Assembly (NCBI GenBank): GCA_973851085.1
Contig: OZ316775.1
Coordinates: 21,576,001-21,640,000, forward strand
Source: Ptychomitrium polyphyllum
Taxonomy: Eukaryota
Length of the DNA: 64,000 nucleotides
Direction of reading: 5' to 3'
The notes under the pieces were generated by a model. That model worked only from the letters and a program-made list of their open reading frames with translations, did not search any database and had not been told where the DNA came from. The position numbers were made by a program, and so were the translations under genes. Positions 51,634 to 62,453 of this stretch are shown here, piece by piece. Each line of letters opens with the position of its first letter. Position 1 is the first letter of the stretch.

Positions 51634-53923
51634 CTAAAGTTTAGACATCTTCAGGGTGCTGCTCCTCAAAGGGGTTCCAACCTTAGACCCCGAAACGCGG
51701 CCAATGTGTTCACAAATAAATTTCCCAGCCGCTTCTACTTGAGCTATGTCAACGCCTGTATTGATTCCAAGCCCCTCTAATAAATAGAGTACTTCCTCAG
51801 TAGCAATGTTGCCAGTTGCACCTTTGGCGTATGGGCAGCCACCCAAGCCTGCTACTGAGGAATCCACCACATTGATGCCCATCTGCCGAAAACCCAACGC
51901 TCTCATTAGAAAGCACGGTGTTTGACAACGAGGTTTTAAAAAATTGGTTTCTGTACGCCAGAAGCACGATGACAGACATCATTTCATCTTCTGTTTAAAG
52001 AATTCATAGAATAAGAACTGAGCTACGAATCAAGTTATAATCCCATAATACTTTATGATATAGAACAATATGATATAAGAAACCAACAATGCCAGTTCCT
52101 TGTTTCATCCGGAAGGATGAAGAATCTTACCTGAAGTGCAACAACTATGTTGACGAGAGCTTGTCCATATGTGTTGTGCAAGTGCACCGCCAAATTGGAT
52201 GCATGAACTTCTTGCAACACTGCCTCGAGCATCCGCCTCACCGTTCCTGAAAACGAGGACCTCAGGTTATGCTAAAAGATTCATGAAAGAAGAAGCACAT
52301 ATGCAAACTATATACAAACTGTTTGATCAAAAAGAATACCAGGATTGCCGATCCCAATTGTGTCACCCAGCGAGATTTCATAACAGCCCAGACGGTGAAG
52401 CTCTCTAGCCACATAAGCTACTTGGTTGGGAGATATGGGACCTTCAATTGGGCACCCCACAACACATGAAACATACCTGTACAAGCCAGCAAAATGCTCA
52501 CACAATCAATAACAATAAATTATACTACTGGTGCTCTTCGCATCAAGACCACTCAATGCGAGATGCTTTTGCAATTAAGCTGCCATACCCTCGCACAGGA
52601 ATATCTTGCTCCTTGGCTGCAGCGCAAACTTCTCGAAAACGACTGATGCTTTCCTCAATGGTACAATTGGTGTTGGCCTTGGCGAACGACTCCGAAGCAG
52701 CAGCAAAAATTGCTACCTCTTGTGCCCCTGCCTCCATCGCTGCCTTAAAACCCTGCGTAAAGATATCAGCAAGTCACGACCAGCTCACTAAACCCCAAAT
52801 TCCGAACCATAAACAATCGCAAACTTAAGGGCCGTTTCCATGCTACTTGTTGTTCTGAATTCAGCCTCACATTGCAGTCCACGAGACTTTTAGGATCATG
52901 GTCAAAACGATCTTGGACTGCCATGTCATGCTAAATTCGGAACAATGATAGCATGGAAACGGCCCCTTACACAGCATCATCGGATGAATATGCTCGAAAA
53001 GCGGCTGACTCCAGCTTGTAATGAAGAAAACTTGTACCTTCAAGTTTGGGACCAAAACAGGTAATCGGCTTTGTTCCAAATGCCGAACAGCAGCCATGAC
53101 ATCCTTTGCATCTGCTAGCTACCATAACAACCGGAACTCACATCAACACTCTTGACATCAACTTTTGCCATTATGCCCATATTAAACGTATGCACTAATT
53201 TTGACGACCAAAATTTTGACAGACCATTCAGAAAATGACAATTGTATGATTGTATACAAGCAAAGCATATTCGTCTTTTCTGACAAGAGACTCTAATTTC
53301 CTTGAGAACTGCCTTTGCGGTGTTATGAAAAATCGTGAATAGAAAAGAGCACCTTTTACATACCTGAGGCACCCACTTGGGTGACACAAAGCTTGTGACT
53401 TCAACTACGGGTAGGCCAGCAGCAACCAATCGTTGAATGAGCTCAACCTTCACAGACGTGTGAACGATTTCCTTCTCATTCTGCAAGCCATCCCGAGGGC
53501 CCACTTCTACTATTTTCACATAGTTAGGAAGACCTGGTACCTGCAGCAGCATACAAGATTTGAGTAAAAGAAAAGGCAACTATATACCACAACACAACAG
53601 GTTCTCAGCCAGTATTTAAAAAGAATAAAAATCGAAGACAAGAATAAGCCAATCCTGACCTTCGCAGTTGAGAGCGGCGCGCTCATGCCTGCCTTGTAGT
53701 TTCTGGTGGAAGATATTGAAAATCCTCGCGAATCACTGGAAGATAGGTTGGAGGCGTCTGATGCCCAAAGTGCCTTCAAATTCAGTGAACCAGAGACAAT
53801 CCTCGATTTTCTTGAACTGAGACTCGTTCGAGTGGATCCCAAAGTCGCACCACCGGCTATCCTCCAGTGAATAACTGTTTGCACAAGGCTGTGTAAAGAA
53901 CGGCACCTGGTTCTGAATCCCAT
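51634..53923 (-). CDS. HMGL: Hydroxymethylglutaryl-CoA lyase, probably mitochondrial, 7 coding exons
   Basis: Exons (minus): 53923-53660, 53540-53364, 53118-53038, 52752-52589, 52476-52340, 52246-52131, 51882-51634. Motifs: [68 protein letters not shown]. The Arg/Ser-rich N-terminus looks like a presequence; the start Met is the least certain part. Confidence 0.92.
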
Positions 53924-55423
53924 CAGTGTTACCTTCCTTCCTCCTGAAAGAATGTCCACCAGTGGGTGGAATTGCGCTCTATGGTACTCAAACACCTAAA
54001 CTATCAAGGTTTTCGGCACCACTAAAGTCTAGGTGTTCCTCTTCCCTGTCGTTTGTATGTCGTTTTGCTAGTCTCATGAACTGAATCCATTAAACCCTAG
54101 CTAACTCGTCATCCCTCAGACCTAACCCTCTCGATGTAACTTGCTTCCAAAACTGCTGAAACTTTCGTAAACCGGCCCTGGAGAACAGAGCACCGCATGA
54201 GTTCATTCAAACCAATCGCACAACCAAGGCCCACCATGGCTTTCGTTAGGAGGAAAAACGGTGACCCAATGTTCCAAATTTGATGTCTTTGAATAGCGTT
54301 TTTGCAAATACAAACTGCGATTTGGTCGATTCTTGTCTAAAAGACTGAATAGCGTCATGCTTCTAAGCATACAGATGAACAAAAAAGATGGACAAAAAAG
54401 ATCAAATTATTGCAGAGTTAGAAATCGCGAACACTCACGACTCTTCGTACTAACTAAGCTCATGGCACAAATTGCAAATTGGGATTAAAACAGATGCATG
54501 TGCACACCAATCGGAAGAACATAAGAGGAAGTGCTGCTCTCACCAAAGGACGCTGTTGAGCCTCCAAAAGGATCTGCTTGAAGAACCTAGAAAAAAAGCT
54601 CCAGACTCGCCATTCAATTCACAATCCTTTCTAGAATCTTTTCTGCAAGCCTCCCTCTTTTCCACAATTCTGAATTGGTCCGGACTTACACAGTTACACT
54701 GTAACGACAATTTATCAACACAGTCGTCACTCCCAGACTCCTACTGCAATCCCCCCACTGCAACCTTTGATCAGAAGAACGACTTCTAGAGAAACTCTCG
54801 TGACGGATCACGTGGCAAGGACGGAGTTTCACGTCAGCTAATTTGATCCGTGTCGTTTGGGCAGGACCGAGAAGCCCGAAAGCGAAGCATCTGCTAAAAC
54901 GCCAATTCTAAGCAAATCCTAGATCTGAAGACCTATCTGTATGGCAATGCCAACTTTGGGTGCAATTGCGCTTTGGGTATGGCTCCCTCAGTCTTTGACT
55001 CCTTTGCAATCAACACGACACTGTTCTTCCTCTCAAAAGGCTAAACCTACGTCACTGCAGTAGACTGAGGATTTGTGAGAACCAGATCGGCGGAAACATA
55101 GTCGCTGCAAAATGGCAGAACTGATTGAGCATTAGACTTGCTGCTGAATTAGGTAAATCTCGTGTTGTATCACACGCCTCACACCGGCAATCGAACTGCC
55201 CGTAAGCTGCGGTGTTCGTTTCTGATAAGGAGCTTGCGTGAGAATCAGCGACGCGGTTAAAGAGAGGACTTACGGACGTTGACATCCCTTGAACATCATC
55301 ATGTGAGTTAACTCTCTCCTGCAAAACGGCAATACTCTCTTCTTTTCTGCCTCTCAGAACAGGCACAAACTGCATCAACATGCCGACGAACTTACTATTC
55401 TTCCCCGACGGCGCAAAAGTGTT

Positions 55424-55507
55424 TGGGGCGAGAGAGGCTCGAACTCTCGACCTCAGGATTCCTCGTAGCTATGAGACCTACGCGCTAGCCAACTGCGCCA
55501 CCGCCCC
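55424..55507 (-). tRNA. Elongator tRNA-Met(CAT) with 10-nt intron (55460-55469)
   Basis: GGGGCGGTGGCGCAGTTGGCTAGCGCGTAGGTCTCATA[GCTACGAGGA]ATCCTGAGGTCGAGAGTTCGAGCCTCTCTCGCCCCA. Full cloverleaf, intact A and B boxes, intron after position 37 as in plant nuclear tRNA-Met(e), and a T4 run shortly downstream. Confidence 0.97.
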
Positions 55508-55975
55508 TCCTAGGTTTATACGATGAGAATTTCAGATTTTGATTAGTTATTTATCATCATTTTGTGATCACCCTAATTCTCTCTGCAGCAGTTAATATCG
55601 CGATATACTCTGCCACGGGGAGCTCCACTAGGGGTCCATCATAAAAGTACTTATCCATTGACGGGTCGAAATTTAAACGGTGACCGGTAGACTGGGCAGT
55701 CCGGTTGCCGTGAGCAGATGGTTGCGCACTCTTGCGCTATGAATGGAGACGATTCATCGCTGTTAGCTAGAGATTTCGTGATGTGGGCTGGTAGTCTTCG
55801 GGATCAGATTCGAGAGTTCTAGAAAAACTAACTACGGACTGTCTCTCGAGGCTCGTGAACTTGAAGTTGTGACTGTACAGGCAGGAAAACAGTCCTGCTT
55901 TGGCTGTTTGTTTTGGAGGTCAACGTTGGAATTCGTCGGCTTGGTTGGGGTGCTTGGGCGGCAGCAGCAGCGGAG

Positions 55976-58750
55976 ATGGTGGTGACCACAGTGCTGCAAG
56001 CGGCCCAGGGATCGTTAGCGGTCGCTTCGACGAGCCGGCAAGGCCTGTGCCGCAAGGAAGGCGTTTTCGGAGCGCAATGCAGGCATGGCAGCAGCGTTTA
56101 TGGTGTGGGCGGGGATCGCCGAGCGTGCTCTGTTCTGGATTCCTCGAATTCGGACTCCAAGGTGAGCACTGTTCTCGAAACCCATTCCGACAGAGCAATG
56201 TACTCATGACTAGTGGGTTGGCAGGAACAGACGATTTGAGTATGAGCAATGTGGATAAGTTCGAATGTTGTGACTGACTCACGAATTTTAGCGAGTTTCA
56301 GCGTGTTCGTGAATATCTTCGTCCTCTAATTTGACGAAGTCGGCGTTGAATCGGAGGGTGTAGAATTCTGGTCGAAACCTTGTGTTCAAAGAAGGGATTT
56401 GTCGGAATGTTGAGTGGTTAGGGACCCACTTAAAGGATATGTTGTAGTTTCGTGTTACTCAATATCATTGCCCGGAGGGTTAGTTCATTGTAGTTTAACA
56501 GGCAAGAGAATGGCGTTGAGGAGAGGGAGTTGCGTAAGTGTGCAGGGTGGTTTTGTGAGTTAGTTGGTAGACAAGTCTGCTTGGAGAATACTTTCTGGGG
56601 TTTCTGTGACTCTGGTGAGAGAGTTTATGAGCTGCATATCATGTCACCGATTTTTCTTGCGAATTGTTAGTTTGTATGTAGATTTCTAGGTTTGCTGACG
56701 TACCGGGCTGTTCGCTGACCTAATTTGTGTCCTTCAATCAGTTTTGTCATTCCCTTTGTTTTCATTTTGAACTTGACGAGATGACATGCTTCCAATTCTC
56801 AGGAAGATGAAGCTTCGACATCGAATGCATTCACGAAAATGCTTCAGAACTGCGCTACGTGCGCAGCAGTAACGGCTGCGTTGCTCATGCCCTTGTCTAC
56901 AGCAACTGCTGCTGTCTCCTTCGAACGGGGTCCAGCTATCTCTGAATTGAGCGTTTTGATTTCAGGTCCACCTATCAAGGACGCCAACGCACTGCTTCGA
57001 TATGCCCTCCCTATCAACAATAAACCTATCAAGGAGGTTCAGAAGTCTCTTGAGGGGATCACCGATGAGATGAAGGTGCCTGGCGAGAAGGCGCTTGGAT
57101 CAGTGGGACAGGTATAGTTGCTTTGCATTTCCTCAACCCTCTGTCTCTCAGGTTTTTTTAGCCTAACAATTTCTCACTCTTATTCTAGGCATGAGTCCAT
57201 GTTTGACCTCCACAAACTTGTTATGATTTTGAATTGGTTCTGATTGCACACTGATGAGGAGACAGTTGTGAGGGGTGGTGCAGAGTGTACGCCAGGCTGC
57301 ACGGGTACTGAATCAAAATAAGTCGCAAATCCTTGCAGAAATAGCCGACTCAAAAAAGCAGGAGAGTGAGCAACTTCTTACTGCTCTGAATGAGGGACTC
57401 CAAGACTACCAGAAGCAGTTGGAGGCCAAAGACCGGTCAATTGTTTTCCCAAAGCAGAAAGAGCTTCTACGTATAGTGGGCGAGTAAGTGTCGTCCTGGT
57501 CCTCATTATATGACGAACTTGGTTTTCTATCACTGCAATGTTAAAACATTAAACAAATACTGAAACGTTTACCTCACAGTTACTTTGGGCCTGATGTGCT
57601 ACATGTGAAGCATTGCTTTCTCATTTTTTTCTTGTTGCATTTCTGCAATGCCTTGTGCGCAGTATTGAGGAAGCCATGGTTGCAAAGTTTCCATTTGAGA
57701 TCCCCGAGGAGTTTGCCAACAGGCCAATTCTCAAGGGTCGAGCCACCCTCGAGATGAAGATCAATGTTAAAGACAACCCTAATGTGAAGGATGCGATTCT
57801 CCAAATAGTTGTGGACGGGTACAACGCTCCAGTCACTGCTGGCAACTTTGTTGATCTTGTCGAGCGCCATTTCTACGATGGCATGGAGATTCAACGAGGT
57901 GTGTGATGCTCTGGAATCCTATCTCTTCGCTAATATTTAATAACATAGCAGCGTGCATGTTCCAGTACGCATTAGATATTCAGCTGTTGCTTTCCCTATA
58001 ATTTGCTGGAATTGGAGTTTGAGGTTCACGGTTAAGGGCTTTAGGGTGTGTTGTTGATCTGCTGTTTTCTCTATTTCAGCGGATGGCTTCGTGGTACAAA
58101 CTGGGGACCCAGAGGGACCTGCAGAAGGTTTTGTCGATCCAGCTACGAGCCGTGTCCGGACTGTTCCATTGGAGATCATGGTGGATGGTGAAAAGGCTCC
58201 TATTTACGGTTCCACTCTTGAGGTGTGCGGTTCACTAACTTATGTATTTGCTTCTACCTTGAAGGAAAAACGCCAGTGCACGATGTAGTGATACTTTTGT
58301 GATCTCATGCGGGCTATTCTTGTTGGTTGGTTCGTCTTTGTTGCAGGAGCTTGGCATGTACAAGGCAAGAACAAAACTGCCCTTTAATGCATTCGGCACC
58401 ATGGCCATGGCACGGGAGGTAAGAATCAATGTCATCTCAACATCGAATTCATACCCACCGTTTGGGCTGAGTAATGGCATAGAAGTGGTCGTAAGTTGCA
58501 GATTCTGAGCGACTTTGGTTGCTTTTTGCAGGAGTTCGATAATGATTCAGGATCTAGCCAAGTATTTTGGTTGCTGAAGGAGAGTGAACTGACACCTAGC
58601 AGCGCAAACATCCTTGATGGGCGCTACACCGTGCTTGGTTATGTGACTGAGAACGAAGACCTGCTTGCCGATCTCAAAGTTGGTGATGTGATTGAAAGCA
58701 TACGTGTTGTCAATGGCATAGATAACTTGGTTAATCCGAGTTACAAGTAG
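55976..58750 (+). CDS. CYP38: Thylakoid lumen cyclophilin CYP38/TLP40, 7 coding exons
   Basis: Exons: 55976-56161, 56803-57111, 57284-57483, 57663-57898, 58080-58222, 58347-58418, 58532-58750. Bipartite transit-peptide-like N-terminus. Motifs: [98 protein letters not shown]. Confidence 0.95.
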
Positions 58751-60182
58751 GTGCTCTCTGACACCCCAGTCTAATTGTACAACCATTTTTGTCAAGATTA
58801 TAAACGAACCATTTTTCTGTCTAACTTGCTTCTCTGCTGGTGTACAGCGTTTTTCTGTAAAGGTAGCCAAGAGTTGTAGAGGTTCTTTGTTGGGATCTTT
58901 GCAGCATTCCCAATGGTTTTAGGAGTCCAGCTCCCCTAAATTAGGATGGCATTCCTACTTCATGGACTGAGAATAATTTTGGGTTCCCCAAATGCTGAAC
59001 GTTGTGATGGTACCTTTCACATGTGGTCTTCTAAATTTCCCTCTCCAAAATGAATGCAAATGAATCTATTTTTGGACCGTCATATATTATAATCAATTCA
59101 TGGTAAATGACTTGTTCTTTTAGTATACTAATGAAGTTTTTAAATTTAAAACAACCATATTTGTGGAGTCATACAAAAACCATTTTGAATCATTATAACT
59201 TTTGAAAACATTTTTAATGAGGATTTTTTGTAAATAAAAAACAAACAATTATTTTATTTTGATTTAGCTTCTAATTTAAGTTGTTCATTATGGAAGTAGC
59301 CAAAACAACATAGTTTACAATGTGAGACAATTTCATATGAAGAAAGTTCAAATGATGTTTTGTATATTGAATAGTTTTTGACAAATAAATTTGTAAATTT
59401 TGCTATAAAATTATTTACTAAACCACATTTTTTTAAATAAATAAATAACATGCATATTTATTTATTTATATTTGTGTGTGTGAATCCAAGATTATTCCAC
59501 ATAGCATTTAGATTTTCCTACAAATTTTTCAAAGTGATTTTTTTTGTTTAATTTAAAATTCTAATGTTTATGACAATTTTAAAATTAATATATTATTTGT
59601 AAAGATTTAAAAATATAATTATATAAGCAAGGATCTACCAACAAACTAGGCCACTAAATTAATTACTCAAAATTGTAGATGTAAAACTAATAGAATAATA
59701 ATTTAATACATAAATTTTTGTAAATTGTATATATAATAAATAATAATATATTATATCATAAAAATTACAAATAATATTATAAAATTCATCTATGATTTCC
59801 AATTTTTAATTATATACAATAATATATAAATATAAGTTATGTATGTACATAATGGTATATAATTGTAAATTATTTTGTGCTACTCAATCTATTTTGAATA
59901 AATAGTCTTTTTAATAAATTCTTTTTTCTTAAAACAACACTTATAAGACTTTGACTTTTTTGACTTAATAAAGCATGGCAAGCAAAAAGAATTTCTGCAT
60001 TTAACACCTCTTTTAAGCTCTAATTGGTATTAAAATCCAATTAACTGGATGAAAAACTCTCAATCTACGAATTAGAGTGCATTAAATTGATGTAACTTAA
60101 TATTTAATGTCATCTCATGTGACAAAAAAACAATCAAATATGGTGGGGAGGTATTAAATTATTTTAAGGCTAAAAGAAGAGC

Positions 60183-60876
60183 TATCACAGACATAGATCA
60201 TGCAAACATAGTCCTTAAAACATTCTAAAACCTTCTAATATCCTATAATAGCTTTTTGGAATACTTTTAGATGTCTCCATAATCTTTCCATGTTCTTATG
60301 AAGCTTCCTAGGAAAATTCCTCCACCTTAGGAAACTTCCTACGAAGGTTCTGCTACCTTAGAAAACTTCCAATGAAGGTTCCAATTCGTTGGAAGCTTCT
60401 TAGGAAGGTTCCAGTATCTTAAGAAACTTCTTGAGAAGGTTCCTTAAATCTCCAGAACATTCTTAAGCCTTGTAGGAAGCTTCTTTAGAAGTATCTTAGG
60501 AGATACAAACGTCATAGTATAAATAAGAGGCAAGACATGGTATTCCTTAGTCTTGCCAGCACAAGTTGTGGATCATCTTGAATCCTGCCTTGTTCTAGTA
60601 TTTGTATCAAGTTCTTGTTAATCATTAGCTCTTTGGAAGCTAATTCTTGGGGAACACTTCGTTTCTGCTTCTTGTTTCTTGTATTTCTAAGAGGTTCGAC
60701 ATAAACCTTCTCTTCTAATATTAGCCTTTCGCAATTGAACAACTTCTTGATATAGGCTTTGAATATCACCATTGGATTCTTCAGCTTACCGAGTATATTG
60801 CTCCAAATTGTTGGTGGTATTGAAACGGGCGAGTTTCATTCGAATTGTATTTAATAACTCTTGAAGGTCTGTAATA
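60183..60876 (+). repeat. Probable 5' LTR (~694 bp)
   Basis: Begins TATCACAGAC and ends GTCTGTAATA, consistent with decayed TGTCACAGAC...GTCTGTGACA termini. TATAAATA at 60518-60525 and a ~31-bp tandem array at 60300-60445. The 3' end is inferred from the terminal repeat only. Confidence 0.65.
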
Positions 60877-61155
60877 GTTGCAAACCTATTCTCTAATGTT
60901 CCAGGCACGTTATTCATTTCTTAAGATTGGCAAAGACAAGAAGACTATGAGTACCTTCAAAGGAGGGTAATCCACGTCCTTTGAAAGAAGTAATATTTGG
61001 TTTTAGAAGGAGAAATCAACTCTATGGTGCCAGCTTAGAGGAGGGTAATTCGCAACCTCTAAGACGCTATGGAATCCTAAAGAAGATGGGTAATCCACAA
61101 TCTTCTTTAAAGAAACTTAGCTCCGACAAAGCTGAAAAGTAGTCTTGCCAAACTG

Positions 61156-61663
61156 TTAGAGACACAAGAAACAAGAAACAGAAACAAAGTGTTTCCTAAG
61201 AATTAGCTTCCAAAGAGCTAATGATTAACAAGAACTTGATACAAATACTAGAACAAGGCAGGATTCAAGATGATCCACAACTTGTGTTGGCAAGACTAAG
61301 GAATACCATGCCTTGCCTCTTATTTATACTATGACGTTTGTATCTCCTAAGATACTTCTAAAGAAGCTTCCTACAAGGCTTAAGAATGTTCTGGAGATTT
61401 AAGGAACCTTCTCAAGAAGTTTCCTAAGATACTGGAACCTTCCTAAGAAGCTTCCAACGAATTGGAACCTTCATTGGAAGTTTTCTAAGGTAGCGGAACC
61501 TTCGTACGAAGTTTCCTAAGGTGGAGGAATTTTCCTAGGAAGCTTCATAAGAACATGGAAAGATTATGGAGACATCTAAAAGTATTCTAAGAAGCTATTA
61601 TAATACACTAGAAGGTTTTAGAATGTTCTAAGAACTATGTTGCATGATCTATGTCTGTGATAG
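61156..61663 (-). repeat. Inverted partial copy (~508 bp) of the LTR
   Basis: Near-identical reverse complement of 60182-60690, with long exact runs. Mismatches are mostly near the two ends. Confidence 0.95.
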
Positions 61664-62453
61664 AACCTATGCGAAGCCAAAGATTAGCACGCCAAACAAG
61701 TTCGATGGTTCAATATCAAAATTGAGAGGCTTTGTTCAACAAGTAAGACTTTTCCTTAGTTTGCATCAATCTCGCTATCCTGATGGCACAACTCATGCGG
61801 GATTTGTGGCCACTCTTTTATCAAACAATGTACTATTGTGGTTTGCACCACTAATGGAGAAGCAGCCACCATTATTGAACAACTTAGATGCTTTTATAGA
61901 AGCATTAACATCTACTTTTGGAGACACCGACCGAGAGAGGGTGGCTGAAACAAGGATCCAGAGTCTCCAACAAGGACAGCGCTCAGCTGCTACATATGTT
62001 GCAGAGTTTCGACAATTAGCTTGCAACCTTGATTGGAATGATAAAGCCTTGGTTATACCATTCCAATGGGGCTTAAGAGAGAATGTAAAGGACTTGCTAT
62101 TTGCAATGCCAAGAGTTGAAACATTGGACGAATTCATCACTCAAGCAATAACATGTGACAACAGACTATTTGAGAGGCGCCAAGAACAACGTTTGGGATG
62201 GCGACCAGTACATCAATGCATGGCTACCACTTCTTCAAGAATATTGGAAAGCCAACTACAAAGACCAAAACCTATGCAAATTGATGCTGCCGAGTTTAGA
62301 CGTTTGACTCCAGAAGAAAAAGAAAGGCGTCGAAAAGAAAACTTATGTTTGTATTGTGGCAAGTCTAGACATAAAATGCGTGATTGCCAAATCAAAGGAT
62401 CTGCCTTTAAGGCTCAAAGCACAATGGTGGAGTTGGAAAACAAGGCTGTCTAG
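61664..62453 (+). pseudogene. gag: Gypsy gag (capsid plus zinc knuckle), native 5' end missing
   Basis: KPKISTPNKFDG, LQQGQRSAATYVAEFRQLA, FQWGL, PMQID and CLYCGKSRHKMRDC. The ATG at 61644 in the ORF track lies inside the inverted LTR, so it is not the native start. Confidence 0.88.

Noticed and set aside
60300..60445. Regularly spaced repeats resembling a CRISPR array
   Set aside because: Eukaryotic LTR tandem units without unique spacers or cas genes.
60512..60772. 86-aa minus-strand ORF inside the LTR
   Set aside because: Lies within LTR sequence, with no domain similarity.
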